This document shows positions 30,031 to 38,429 of a stretch of 64,000 bases of DNA, piece by piece. Position numbers and translations under genes: made by a program. Source of the DNA: an uncultured bacterium (GTDB lineage Bacteria; Babelota; Babeliae; Babelales; Babelaceae); NCBI GenBank assembly GCA_963819815.1, contig CAWFXL010000001.1, positions 896,001 to 960,000 of the forward strand. Direction: 5' to 3'. How positions within the stretch are numbered: the stretch's first letter is position 1; every line of letters starts with the position of its first letter. Below the pieces are notes generated by a model that saw only the letters and a list, made by a program, of their open reading frames with translations, did not search any database and was not told the origin of the DNA.

Positions 30031-31212
30031 TTATTGTAAGAAGTTTGAGCGAGGAAACTTCTCTTTAAATGCGCCTGTTGCTATTGATTGAAGGCCGTAC
30101 GCAGTAATTTTATCACTGAGAGGATAGATATCCTCTCCTGGGTATATGACCGCCAAATGATCAAGAGAAAGATCTTTAAGAGCATTATGCATAGATTTCG
30201 TTGTCTTCGGATTGTCTCCATATTTAAATTCAAAACCTAGACGTTTACCTCTTTTAACAAGAAGGAGGTCAAGCTCTCCATCTCCAGAAGTACCCCAGTA
30301 ATAGCACTCTTCGGGCGCCGCCTGAAAGGTTCGGATAATCTCTTCTAAAGCAAATCCTTCCCAAAAAGCACCAAGCCGGGGATCAAGAAGAAGCTGCTTC
30401 TTCTGTTCAATACCTATGAGAGCGTGCAGAAGCCCACTGTCTTTAAAATAGATTTTTGGAGTTTTGAGCTGTCGTTTACTGATATTCTCGTGCCAAGGAG
30501 TGAGAATGCGTATCATGTAGGTTCCCGAAAGAATATCAAGGTAGCGGCGTACCGTGTTATCTGAAAGTCCCAGAGAGTACCCTATGGCACTTGCATTGAA
30601 TGTTTGCCCATGATAGAAGGCAAGCATGTTCCAAAAACGGCGTAACTGCGCTGGTGGAATTGAAAATCCTAGATTGGGTATATCTTGCTCCAAAAACGTT
30701 CTCAAATAATCTTCACGCCAACGGAAGCTTTGGTCGTCATTGTCAGCGAGATAGGAACGAGGAAATCCACCTCGAACCCAGAGCTTTGAAATATCAGGCA
30801 CTTCCCATAAAGAAAGGGGATAGAGCTCAATTGAACCTATTCTTCCTGTTAATGCCTCAGAAGATTTTTTGAGCATGGTAGGAGAGGCGCTCCCTAAAAT
30901 CAAAAATGATCGCTTCTTTTCTTGCTCATCGGCAAGTACTCGTAATGCTTGAAATAGTTCAGGCTTTCTCTGAATTTCATCGATAACAATGAGCTTTTCG
31001 GTAGTTTCCGAAATAGTAATGAAAGGATCTTGAAGCCGCTGTTCATCACGGGGCCTCTCTAAATCAAAAAAAACAGCGTCTCCCTTAAAGTATCTCTCTG
31101 CGTATTGTTTTGCTAGCGTGGTTTTTCCCACCTGACGAGGCCCAACAAGCCCGCAGATGGGGTGTATGGTTAACTGGTCATGAATAAGGTCCAAAAATCT
31201 TTGACGGATCAT
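30031..31212 (-). CDS. AAA_14 ATPase with DUF4143 / PD-(D/E)XK-like C-terminus
   Basis: GPRQVGKTT, IDEIQ, LTGR, GGFP, PKIYFKDSG and ELDL...FEFK motifs. Confidence 0.9.
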   Translation of the reverse strand: MIRQRFLDLIHDQLTIHPICGLVGPRQVGKTTLAKQYAERYFKGDAVFFDLERPRDEQRLQDPFITISETTEKLIVIDEIQRKPELFQALRVLADEQEKKRSFLILGSASPTMLKKSSEALTGRIGSIELYPLSLWEVPDISKLWVRGGFPRSYLADNDDQSFRWREDYLRTFLEQDIPNLGFSIPPAQLRRFWNMLAFYHGQTFNASAIGYSLGLSDNTVRRYLDILSGTYMIRILTPWHENISKRQLKTPKIYFKDSGLLHALIGIEQKKQLLLDPRLGAFWEGFALEEIIRTFQAAPEECYYWGTSGDGELDLLLVKRGKRLGFEFKYGDNPKTTKSMHNALKDLSLDHLAVIYPGEDIYPLSDKITAYGLQSIATGAFKEKFPRSNFLQ

Positions 31213-31336
31213 ACTTTTTCCTTGCAAATTCGAAGCTTGATGTCGAATTTACAAGGAAAAAGTGAAAATGTCCAGATATTTTGATCAATATTCTCTGTAA
31301 ATTCGAAGCTCGATGTCGAATTTGCATAGAATATTG
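31213..31336. promoter_or_regulatory. Two 51-bp imperfect palindromes with a shared core (candidate operators)
   Basis: 31213-31263 and 31286-31336 share the core TGYAAATTCGAAGCTYGATGTCGAATTTRCA, with 21-bp arms. Confidence 0.65.
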
Positions 31337-31473
31337 GGGGTGTGACTGAGTTAGTCTTCATTTTTTATGTTGTTTTGAGACAACCTTGCGCGAAGTGCAG
31401 ACACACTTTACACTTGGTTGCACTATTTGTTAAATAAAGCTACACTTGGAGGAAAATATGGGAGTTGAATTAC

Positions 31474-32622
31474 ATGATACAGAGAGATTTTTGGATTAAT
31501 AAGATAGAAGAGGCCTGGGAAAGACGATCTATCGTTTGGTTGGGAGGAGTGCGAAGGGTTGGGAAGACTTCCTTATGCAAGAGTCTTGATAATGTAGAAT
31601 ATTATAACTGTGAGAGTTCCAGGGTAGAAGAGCTTGTTGCCAACCCCGAGGAATTTTACAGGGATAAACAAGGCAAGCGTATTGTACTTGACGAAGTGCA
31701 GGTTTTAAAAGACCCATCCAGACTGCTTAAAATTGGTGCGGATGAGTTTCCTACCACGAAAATTATTGCTACAGGTTCTTCTACTCTTGGTATTTCAAAA
31801 AAATTTAGTGATACATTAACAGGCAGAAAGACCGATCTGCACCTTACTCCAATCCTCTATCAAGAAAGACAACTATTTGGTAATGATTCTATTGATCATA
31901 GATTTCTTTTTGGTGGATTGCCTCCATTTTTTCTTAATACTGAGGCTTATCCACCACAAGGGGATTTCGCAGAGTGGCTTTCTTCGTATTTCGCAAGGGA
32001 TATACAAGAACTGTATTCTATAGAAAATCGTGCTGCTTTTTTAAAGTTTATGAGATTAGTATTGGCCGAAAGCGGCGGAATTTTTGAAGCAACTCGTTTT
32101 GCCAACATGTGTGATGTCAGCAGACCTACGATTGGAAAATATGTGGACGCTGCAGAACAAACGCTTACAGCTCGGTTGATATCGCCCTTTAGTTCACATG
32201 CATCATATGAAATAACAAGAGCTCCAAAAATCTACTGTTTTGATACAGGTTTTCTATGCTTTGCTAAAGGCTGGAACATTCTGCGTTCAGTTGATTACGA
32301 TGTTCTTTGGGAACATCTTGTGTTAAATGACCTTATCGGCAGGCTACAGCACTTTCCCATAAAATATTGGCGTGATAAATCTGGCCATGAGATAGATTTC
32401 ATTATAGGGGATTATGGCACAAGCGAACCGGTAGTAATCGAATGCAAATGGAACTCTGCTCACTTTGAGGCAAAAAATATCCAAGCATTTCGAAAACGAT
32501 ATCCTCATGGCAAGAATTTTGTTGTTGCCCGTACTATTGGAGAATCATTCACAAGAAAATTTGATACGTTGGATATCACTTTCGTCTCTCTTGAGGAATT
32601 ACCAAAACTAATAAGGTCATAG
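31474..32622 (+). CDS. AAA_14 ATPase with DUF4143 / PD-(D/E)XK-like C-terminus
   Basis: GVRRVGKTS, LDEVQ, ATGSS, LTGR, PKIYCFDTG and EIDF...IECK motifs. Confidence 0.9.
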   Translation: MIQRDFWINKIEEAWERRSIVWLGGVRRVGKTSLCKSLDNVEYYNCESSRVEELVANPEEFYRDKQGKRIVLDEVQVLKDPSRLLKIGADEFPTTKIIATGSSTLGISKKFSDTLTGRKTDLHLTPILYQERQLFGNDSIDHRFLFGGLPPFFLNTEAYPPQGDFAEWLSSYFARDIQELYSIENRAAFLKFMRLVLAESGGIFEATRFANMCDVSRPTIGKYVDAAEQTLTARLISPFSSHASYEITRAPKIYCFDTGFLCFAKGWNILRSVDYDVLWEHLVLNDLIGRLQHFPIKYWRDKSGHEIDFIIGDYGTSEPVVIECKWNSAHFEAKNIQAFRKRYPHGKNFVVARTIGESFTRKFDTLDITFVSLEELPKLIRS

Positions 32623-32698
32623 ACCGTGGAAATTGGGCCTTGCTTGCCCTCAAGATCATTAGATGTACAAGCAAAGTTTCGTATAGTCGTACAACCGC

Positions 32699-33271
32699 CT
32701 AATCCAATAAAACCTTCTGTACCTGCATATACGTTTGTACCTGATGCTGCTTCCAAAGCCTCATGACTTCGGTACGTGATAAGTCACTGCGCTGCCCTAC
32801 AAAATTCAAAAAAGCCCATTCTTTCTTCAAAGGACGCTGCAATTGCCCTTCTGTCTGCCACCATACCGCAAATTCACCATACGTTGGAGGTTTACCCTGA
32901 GCCCACCGCTCATGCATCCAATCGTTCCCTGCAGCAGTAAAATGGAACCTATCGCCAACCAGCTTCTTCATAAAAAGACGTGTCTTAAGATCATTCTTAT
33001 AACGGCCAAAAAGAATAAGAGCATCACGGCTCAATTCAGCCTTTTCACCCTTCTGAGCACAGGAGCCGGCAGGAAAAGCCTGGGGTTGTAACTCAACGCC
33101 CGTCAGCAGGTACTGCTTCAAACTTTCAATAAGAAAAACTTTTTTTCCCGTATCGATAAGCCCAAAGTACTTACATACAGTACGTAGCTGACCCATCGTC
33201 AAGACATAGAACGACTCAAAGAGTGCATCACGCTCCTGTGAAGAAAGATGCTTAATCTGAGGATGTATCAT
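32699..33271 (-). CDS. Conserved hypothetical protein with SAP-like N-terminus (DUF6434-like)
   Basis: LTMGQLRTVCKYFGL..TGKK..LIE is a SAP-like pattern; also YKND..TR.F and FHFT. Confidence 0.6.
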   Translation of the reverse strand: MIHPQIKHLSSQERDALFESFYVLTMGQLRTVCKYFGLIDTGKKVFLIESLKQYLLTGVELQPQAFPAGSCAQKGEKAELSRDALILFGRYKNDLKTRLFMKKLVGDRFHFTAAGNDWMHERWAQGKPPTYGEFAVWWQTEGQLQRPLKKEWAFLNFVGQRSDLSRTEVMRLWKQHQVQTYMQVQKVLLD

Positions 33272-33288
33272 ATCTTTCTCTCTATGAA

Positions 33289-33319
33289 AGAAGCGAACCG
33301 ATCATCTCAGTTCGCTTCT
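33289..33319 (-). terminator. Terminator downstream of rpsR
   Basis: AGAAGCGAAC...GTTCGCTTCT inverted repeat. Confidence 0.6.
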
Positions 33320-33340
33320 GTATACATCTGCTGCTAACTC

Positions 33341-33613
33341 TTACTGGGCCGTATAAGGCAAAAGTGCCATAATACGAGAATTCTTTATCTCGCTAGCTAA
33401 CTGACGCTGATGACCAGCACAGTTTCCGGAAATGCGAGATGCGAGTATCTTACCACGTTCTGTAATAAAGCTTCGTAATAAGTAGGAGTTTTTGTAATCA
33501 AGTGATGACGCATTGGCATCATTGGCGCAAAAACGACAGTGTTTTTTGCCTTGGAACCCACTACGACGACGTTTTTTCTTCTGTAGCGTTTTGCTACTAA
33601 TTCTCATTTTCAT
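33341..33613 (-). CDS. rpsR: 30S ribosomal protein S18 (Zn-binding form)
   Basis: CRFC, DYKN, TERGKI, CAGHQR and ALLPY motifs. Confidence 0.97.
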   Translation of the reverse strand: MKMRISSKTLQKKKRRRSGFQGKKHCRFCANDANASSLDYKNSYLLRSFITERGKILASRISGNCAGHQRQLASEIKNSRIMALLPYTAQ

Positions 33614-33624
33614 ACAAACCCCGC

Positions 33625-34071
33625 TTAATCTAAATTATCATCTTGAAACATATCAGCACCACCACGATCACGTCGAAGAATATTTTTAGATTCTTTCATA
33701 ATCGTATCGATATCTTTAGAAGGAGCTTCCTCTAAAGATTCAGGACGCTTGTATTCGAGTGAATGCTTAGCAGGTAGACTCTTGAGCACGCTCCTCATTA
33801 TGAGTTCGCCGTATTTAACACCATACAGCTTTTTAAGCTCTGCCAATACTTCATCTTTACGATCATCCCCTACCTCAAATCGCATGAGATAGTAGACACC
33901 ATAGTCGTTGCGACGAATTGGATAAGCGAGCTGGTATTTACCCCAGCGCTCAAACGAGATAATTGACCCTTTGGATTCGGTTACCGCCTTTGACAGTGTC
34001 TTTTCAAGACTACCCGCCTCATCGGTGGTAATCTCAGGGACGGTAATAAAGAGAGATTCATATCGAAGCAT
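33625..34071 (-). CDS. rpsF: 30S ribosomal protein S6
   Basis: [14 protein letters not shown] and GVY motifs; adjacent to rpsR. Confidence 0.93.
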   Translation of the reverse strand: MLRYESLFITVPEITTDEAGSLEKTLSKAVTESKGSIISFERWGKYQLAYPIRRNDYGVYYLMRFEVGDDRKDEVLAELKKLYGVKYGELIMRSVLKSLPAKHSLEYKRPESLEEAPSKDIDTIMKESKNILRRDRGGADMFQDDNLD

Positions 34072-34187
34072 TTAAGCCCTTTCTACTAACTGGAAGTTCT
34101 GCCTTGCGGCACACTAGAGGGCAACGTACATCGTTGCCCTCTTTAGTAGTGTTGTATTCATGTAATAAGTATAGAGATACTTACTGA

Positions 34188-34859
34188 TTAATCAAGTCTT
34201 TGGTGACGACCAACGACGCGTCCAATGATTCTGAAATGATCTTTACCACGGACTAATGCAATCGGACGAGTTTTATGGTTAACTGCTTCGAGAACCACAA
34301 AATCTTCCGTATAGGTAACTTGCATGATCGCCTTAATAGGTGTCTCATTACCATACTCTACCGCTGCAATATCGCCTGAGCGAGTCCACACATCGGGAGA
34401 GATAATGAGCAAATCGCTCTTTTCAAACGTAGGAGCCAATTGGTTACTACCTAATGAAAGAGCGAACATAGATCCATCACTTGAATTTAAAGTAGGTACA
34501 AAGACATCTTTAAACCCAGTTGTAAGCTGCATAAGCTGATTATTATAGGGCGAAGGATTTGAAGGAATATCTCCAACAACCGGCACTATATGTACTTTCA
34601 ATTGTATATCTGATTTCTCAGGCATACTTACATTATTATCGATATCATCAGTACGTTTTCGGCGCTGTGCAAAAAGATCCAATGGGCTAATCTCAAAAGC
34701 ATTAGCCAATTTTCTGAGCGAATCTTCGTTCCAACGACGCGTACCATTCTTGATATGCGTTAGATAGCTTTCAGACATCCCGGTTTTTTCTGCTAAAACC
34801 TTGGTTGTCCAGCCCTTTTCGCGAAGCAACTCTTTTACACGGAGTGCTGTTGAAGACAT
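34188..34859 (-). CDS. XRE-family HTH regulator with a degenerate S24 (LexA/CI-like) C-terminal domain
   Basis: N-terminal XRE HTH (LAEKTGMSESYLTHIKNG), VPVVG and IIGRVV. Confidence 0.85.
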   Translation of the reverse strand: MSSTALRVKELLREKGWTTKVLAEKTGMSESYLTHIKNGTRRWNEDSLRKLANAFEISPLDLFAQRRKRTDDIDNNVSMPEKSDIQLKVHIVPVVGDIPSNPSPYNNQLMQLTTGFKDVFVPTLNSSDGSMFALSLGSNQLAPTFEKSDLLIISPDVWTRSGDIAAVEYGNETPIKAIMQVTYTEDFVVLEAVNHKTRPIALVRGKDHFRIIGRVVGRHQRLD

Positions 34860-34902
34860 AATAACTCCTTCCCTTACATGGAATATGGTTGTTTTGGTGT
34901 TA

Positions 34903-34946
34903 ACACTGCTTACTTAACAGTGTAACTTACGATTTATACCTGTCAA
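34903..34946 (-). promoter_or_regulatory. Sigma70-type promoter with overlapping inverted repeat
   Basis: Minus-strand TTGACA-N16-TACACT. ACACTG-N9-CAGTGT overlaps the -10 box. Confidence 0.55.
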
Positions 34947-35358
34947 ATGGAAACTAACTTCTTTTCAAAAATAGTATTCCACACTACCCTTTCTACAAAC
35001 TGCCTCAAGGTTCCCATCATAATAATGACGTGAACTCTGCTATTAGCAGCATCTACAAGAACATCTGTACGAGTCAAAGGGTCTTAGAGCCTATCGATTC
35101 TAGGTAACCCATGTATCATTTCATCACAAAGATTAAGGGTTCTTTGACATTTATAAACAATTCTACCAGTAAAAAAATCATTTGACAATAAGAAAAGATA
35201 GTTCTGCAGAAACTCTCTTCAATACCTTGAAATAGGCGCATTCTCAACGATAAAAGGCCACCCCTATAGGGATGGCACCAGCAATGCTGTTTGCACCAAA
35301 CACCTTGCCGATGCTTAAAAAACTGGTAGTCTTATAGCATACTTTACTGAAAGGATTT

Positions 35359-36000
35359 TTGGTGAATGCCTCACAATTAAAAGATCTCCATTCTACTGGT
35401 CCCTCAACTCCCTTTGCAGAAATTATCGAAAGCTCACTACACACCTGGCGAGCTCAATGCTGGGACGGGGAAATAATCCCTGCTCACGGGTCTATTCTTA
35501 CGGCCACCTCAGGCTCACGAACAATCTTTGGCATTGTACATGCAAGCAGTATAGGCTCACTCGATCAACAGAGAACCGTCTACGCTTATAAAAAAAGTGA
35601 AGCGCAGCTCAAGCAGGACCATCCTCATATATTTGAGTTTCTCACCTCCACCTTTGAATGTCTTACCCTTGGTTATGTAGAAGGCACGTCGATGCGCTAC
35701 CAACTAGCTCCTACGCCACCGAAAATTCATGCATTTGTCAGCGCCCCTGACCAACAGAGTCTTAAGCTCTTTTTTGCACAGGATCACTATTTACACACCC
35801 TTTTTTCCCATGAAAACCAGATCTTTGCCTTAGATGACCTTATATTAGCACTCATCGAACAGCTTGCGCACTCAAATACTCTTACTCCAGATCGCTTGAG
35901 AAGGTTTATGCAAACCTTTTCTCTCTTAACTGCCAATGATTACCGACGGCTTAAACTCTTTTTACAAAGGGCCCAACCGCTTTTAGCAGCTCAGGAGTAA
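35359..36000 (+). CDS. HAS-barrel-like conserved hypothetical protein
   Basis: AEIIESS...AQC, P..GS, FGIV and PPKIHAFV resemble HerA-associated HAS-barrel proteins. Confidence 0.6.
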   Translation: MVNASQLKDLHSTGPSTPFAEIIESSLHTWRAQCWDGEIIPAHGSILTATSGSRTIFGIVHASSIGSLDQQRTVYAYKKSEAQLKQDHPHIFEFLTSTFECLTLGYVEGTSMRYQLAPTPPKIHAFVSAPDQQSLKLFFAQDHYLHTLFSHENQIFALDDLILALIEQLAHSNTLTPDRLRRFMQTFSLLTANDYRRLKLFLQRAQPLLAAQE

Positions 36001-36004
36001 CCAA

Positions 36005-36895
36005 GTGCTGAGTCGTATAAAAAAAGCATTTTCTACGATCTATGAACAGATAACGGGCAAGCTACGTACTCTTTTTCATCGTTCCCATATTGATGAACAA
36101 ACGCTTACCGAGCTTGAGCGCATTTTAATTGAAGCTGACACGGGGATCCATACGACTAGGACCATCCTCAATGAACTGCGCAAGGAAGCCTCTCAGGGTA
36201 CCCTACAAGATGGCGCTGATCTTGAAAACGCACTCCAGGTTCACCTTGCAAGCATCCTTGCTCAGCGTTCCTATGACGATCAGGCCGATGTCTATCTTCT
36301 TGTCGGCATTAATGGGAGCGGCAAAACAACATTCGCCTCTAAGCTCGCTAACCAGCTTCAAAGCAGTGGCAAAAAGGTGCTCCTTGTTGCGGCAGATACC
36401 TTCCGCGCAGCGGCCACTGAGCAACTTCAAACCTGGGGCAGTCAACTAGGCATAGACCTCATCACCGGCAAAGCAGAACAAGATCCAGCCTCCGTCGTGT
36501 TTGCAGGATGTGAGGCCTTTAAGCAAGGCGATTACCAAGTGCTCATTATAGACACTGCCGGGCGCTTACAAACGAAAATCAATCTTATGAAAGAGCTTGA
36601 GAAGATCCGCAAAATCATCTCAAAGCAGCTTCCGCAGGCAAAAGTCGCCACACTCCTTACAATCGACTCGATGCTTGGCCAAAATTCATTCGACCAGGCA
36701 AAACTTTTTAAAGAAAGCACCGATGTAAACGGTATTGTGCTTACCAAAATGGATGGTACGGGTAAAGGCGGCATCGTATTTTCTATTGTGCAGCAGCTTG
36801 AGATACCGATCGCCTACATCTCCTTTGGAGAAAAGGTTGACCAAATAGCACTCTTTGATCGAGATGCATACCTTAAAGAGCTACTTGGCTCGTAG
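36005..36895 (+). CDS. ftsY: SRP receptor FtsY (NG domain only)
   Basis: GINGSGKTT, DTFRAAA, DPASV, DTAGRL and TKMDGTGKGG motifs. Confidence 0.96.
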   Translation: MLSRIKKAFSTIYEQITGKLRTLFHRSHIDEQTLTELERILIEADTGIHTTRTILNELRKEASQGTLQDGADLENALQVHLASILAQRSYDDQADVYLLVGINGSGKTTFASKLANQLQSSGKKVLLVAADTFRAAATEQLQTWGSQLGIDLITGKAEQDPASVVFAGCEAFKQGDYQVLIIDTAGRLQTKINLMKELEKIRKIISKQLPQAKVATLLTIDSMLGQNSFDQAKLFKESTDVNGIVLTKMDGTGKGGIVFSIVQQLEIPIAYISFGEKVDQIALFDRDAYLKELLGS

Positions 36896-37061
36896 TTAGC
36901 AAAAAAAAAACAATCCACAACATTCAAGAACGTTTAAATTTGTCGAACCAATTCCATATAAGCATCTTTCAATAGTATAATTTCTTCATATACCCCATCT
37001 ATCTAAACATCATACCATCAAGCAGGTCCAGAATTTCCTTTTATACCTGCAACCTATCCCT

Positions 37062-37090
37062 TTGACAAGAGGAGGATTTTTCACTAAACT
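37062..37090 (+). promoter_or_regulatory. Sigma70-type promoter
   Basis: TTGACA-N17-TAAACT upstream of 37194. Confidence 0.5.
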
Positions 37091-37193
37091 TACAAATAGA
37101 GTTAATATAAGTGAAAAATACTATTTTAAATACTCCGCTGCAGCCTCGACGTTCGTGAAATGAATCCAGAGGTACAGTATGAAAGGAATCATT

Positions 37194-38405
37194 ATGAAAC
37201 GATATATACTCGCCCTCATGGTATTGGGCACGCTTTCATCAGTTGCGGCATCGCAGAGAGCAGTACCTGCTAAAAAACCGATTCGAAAAGCGAATGGCCA
37301 CAAAGAGCCTGTTAGACCGAACTTTTTTGAAAAGTACATTGATATGGGCGACCTTATCATCAGTATGGGCCGCTTATACAAAAATAAGAAAAGAGACACT
37401 GCATCTATATCGATAGCATGCCTTGAGGCATTAAGCATCGAAGAACTGCCTATAACCCTTAAATCAGGTAGGGAAACGATAATCGGTGAATTTTTTGATG
37501 GAGATAAGCTCAAAGAAGGTCTCAAGTTTTTCCTCACCAAATGGTTTGCTGGAGCTTTGAAAAGAAGGCACATAGCAGAAACACTCGAAAGCATCCAAGC
37601 CAGCTTAAAACTAGAAGCTGTTCAGAGTGAATTGGATGAAGACTGGATCAATGTTGATGAAAGCCTTAAGACACTCATTGCCTATTTTGATGGAGATGAA
37701 GGTGGCAGCATTGAAGATGCTATTGATCTTGAAGAGATACCTTTCTTTGGTGCCATAATAAGAGATTATATTCTTACCGATAAGTTAATCGAGGCACTCG
37801 ATAAAGCTCTTAAAGGTGAAAAGCTTACTAAAAGCGTACTCCTTGATTGCCTTGATATAGAACAGATCGCTGAGCGAAATGGCTATGAAGAAGTTCCCAA
37901 CGCTAATGGTATACGAGAAGCTATCGAACTCTTCTTCTCAATGATGGAAGATGATAAAGATGCTATGTACAAGGTGTTTGATATCCTTGGTAACTATCGT
38001 GAAACTAAGCAAACTGAAGAAGAAGATGATGATCGCCCTGCCCGACGCAGGCTTCCTTCAAATGGTCGTCCACGTGTAATAGCTGATCAAGAAGATGCAG
38101 ATGCTGCCTATGCACGAAGCTTAGCCGACGAAGATGATGAAAGACCTGCACGAGTACGTCCTGGGGCATCAACTCAAAGACGTGTGCCAGCGGCATCTTC
38201 ATCAACAGCCCGACAACGTCCTGTAGCACCGCAGGCAAGACCTGCTGCATCAGCGACAAGACGAGTGCCAGCAACACCGGCAAGGCCAGCAGCTCCAGTA
38301 AGACAGCAAGGTTCATCTCGAGCTGTTATCGCACGTCAGGAAGCTGCGGATGCTGCGCTTGCACGAAGACTGCAAGAAGAGTGGAACAGCGAAGAAGAGA
38401 ACTAA
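37194..38405 (+). CDS. Exported helical protein with a disordered R/P/A-rich tail and two MIU-like motifs
   Basis: Signal peptide; QEDADAAYARSLADE and QEAADAALARRLQEE. Confidence 0.7.
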   Translation: MKRYILALMVLGTLSSVAASQRAVPAKKPIRKANGHKEPVRPNFFEKYIDMGDLIISMGRLYKNKKRDTASISIACLEALSIEELPITLKSGRETIIGEFFDGDKLKEGLKFFLTKWFAGALKRRHIAETLESIQASLKLEAVQSELDEDWINVDESLKTLIAYFDGDEGGSIEDAIDLEEIPFFGAIIRDYILTDKLIEALDKALKGEKLTKSVLLDCLDIEQIAERNGYEEVPNANGIREAIELFFSMMEDDKDAMYKVFDILGNYRETKQTEEEDDDRPARRRLPSNGRPRVIADQEDADAAYARSLADEDDERPARVRPGASTQRRVPAASSSTARQRPVAPQARPAASATRRVPATPARPAAPVRQQGSSRAVIARQEAADAALARRLQEEWNSEEEN

Positions 38406-38429
38406 CTTTTCCACAAGCAGGACTCACTC

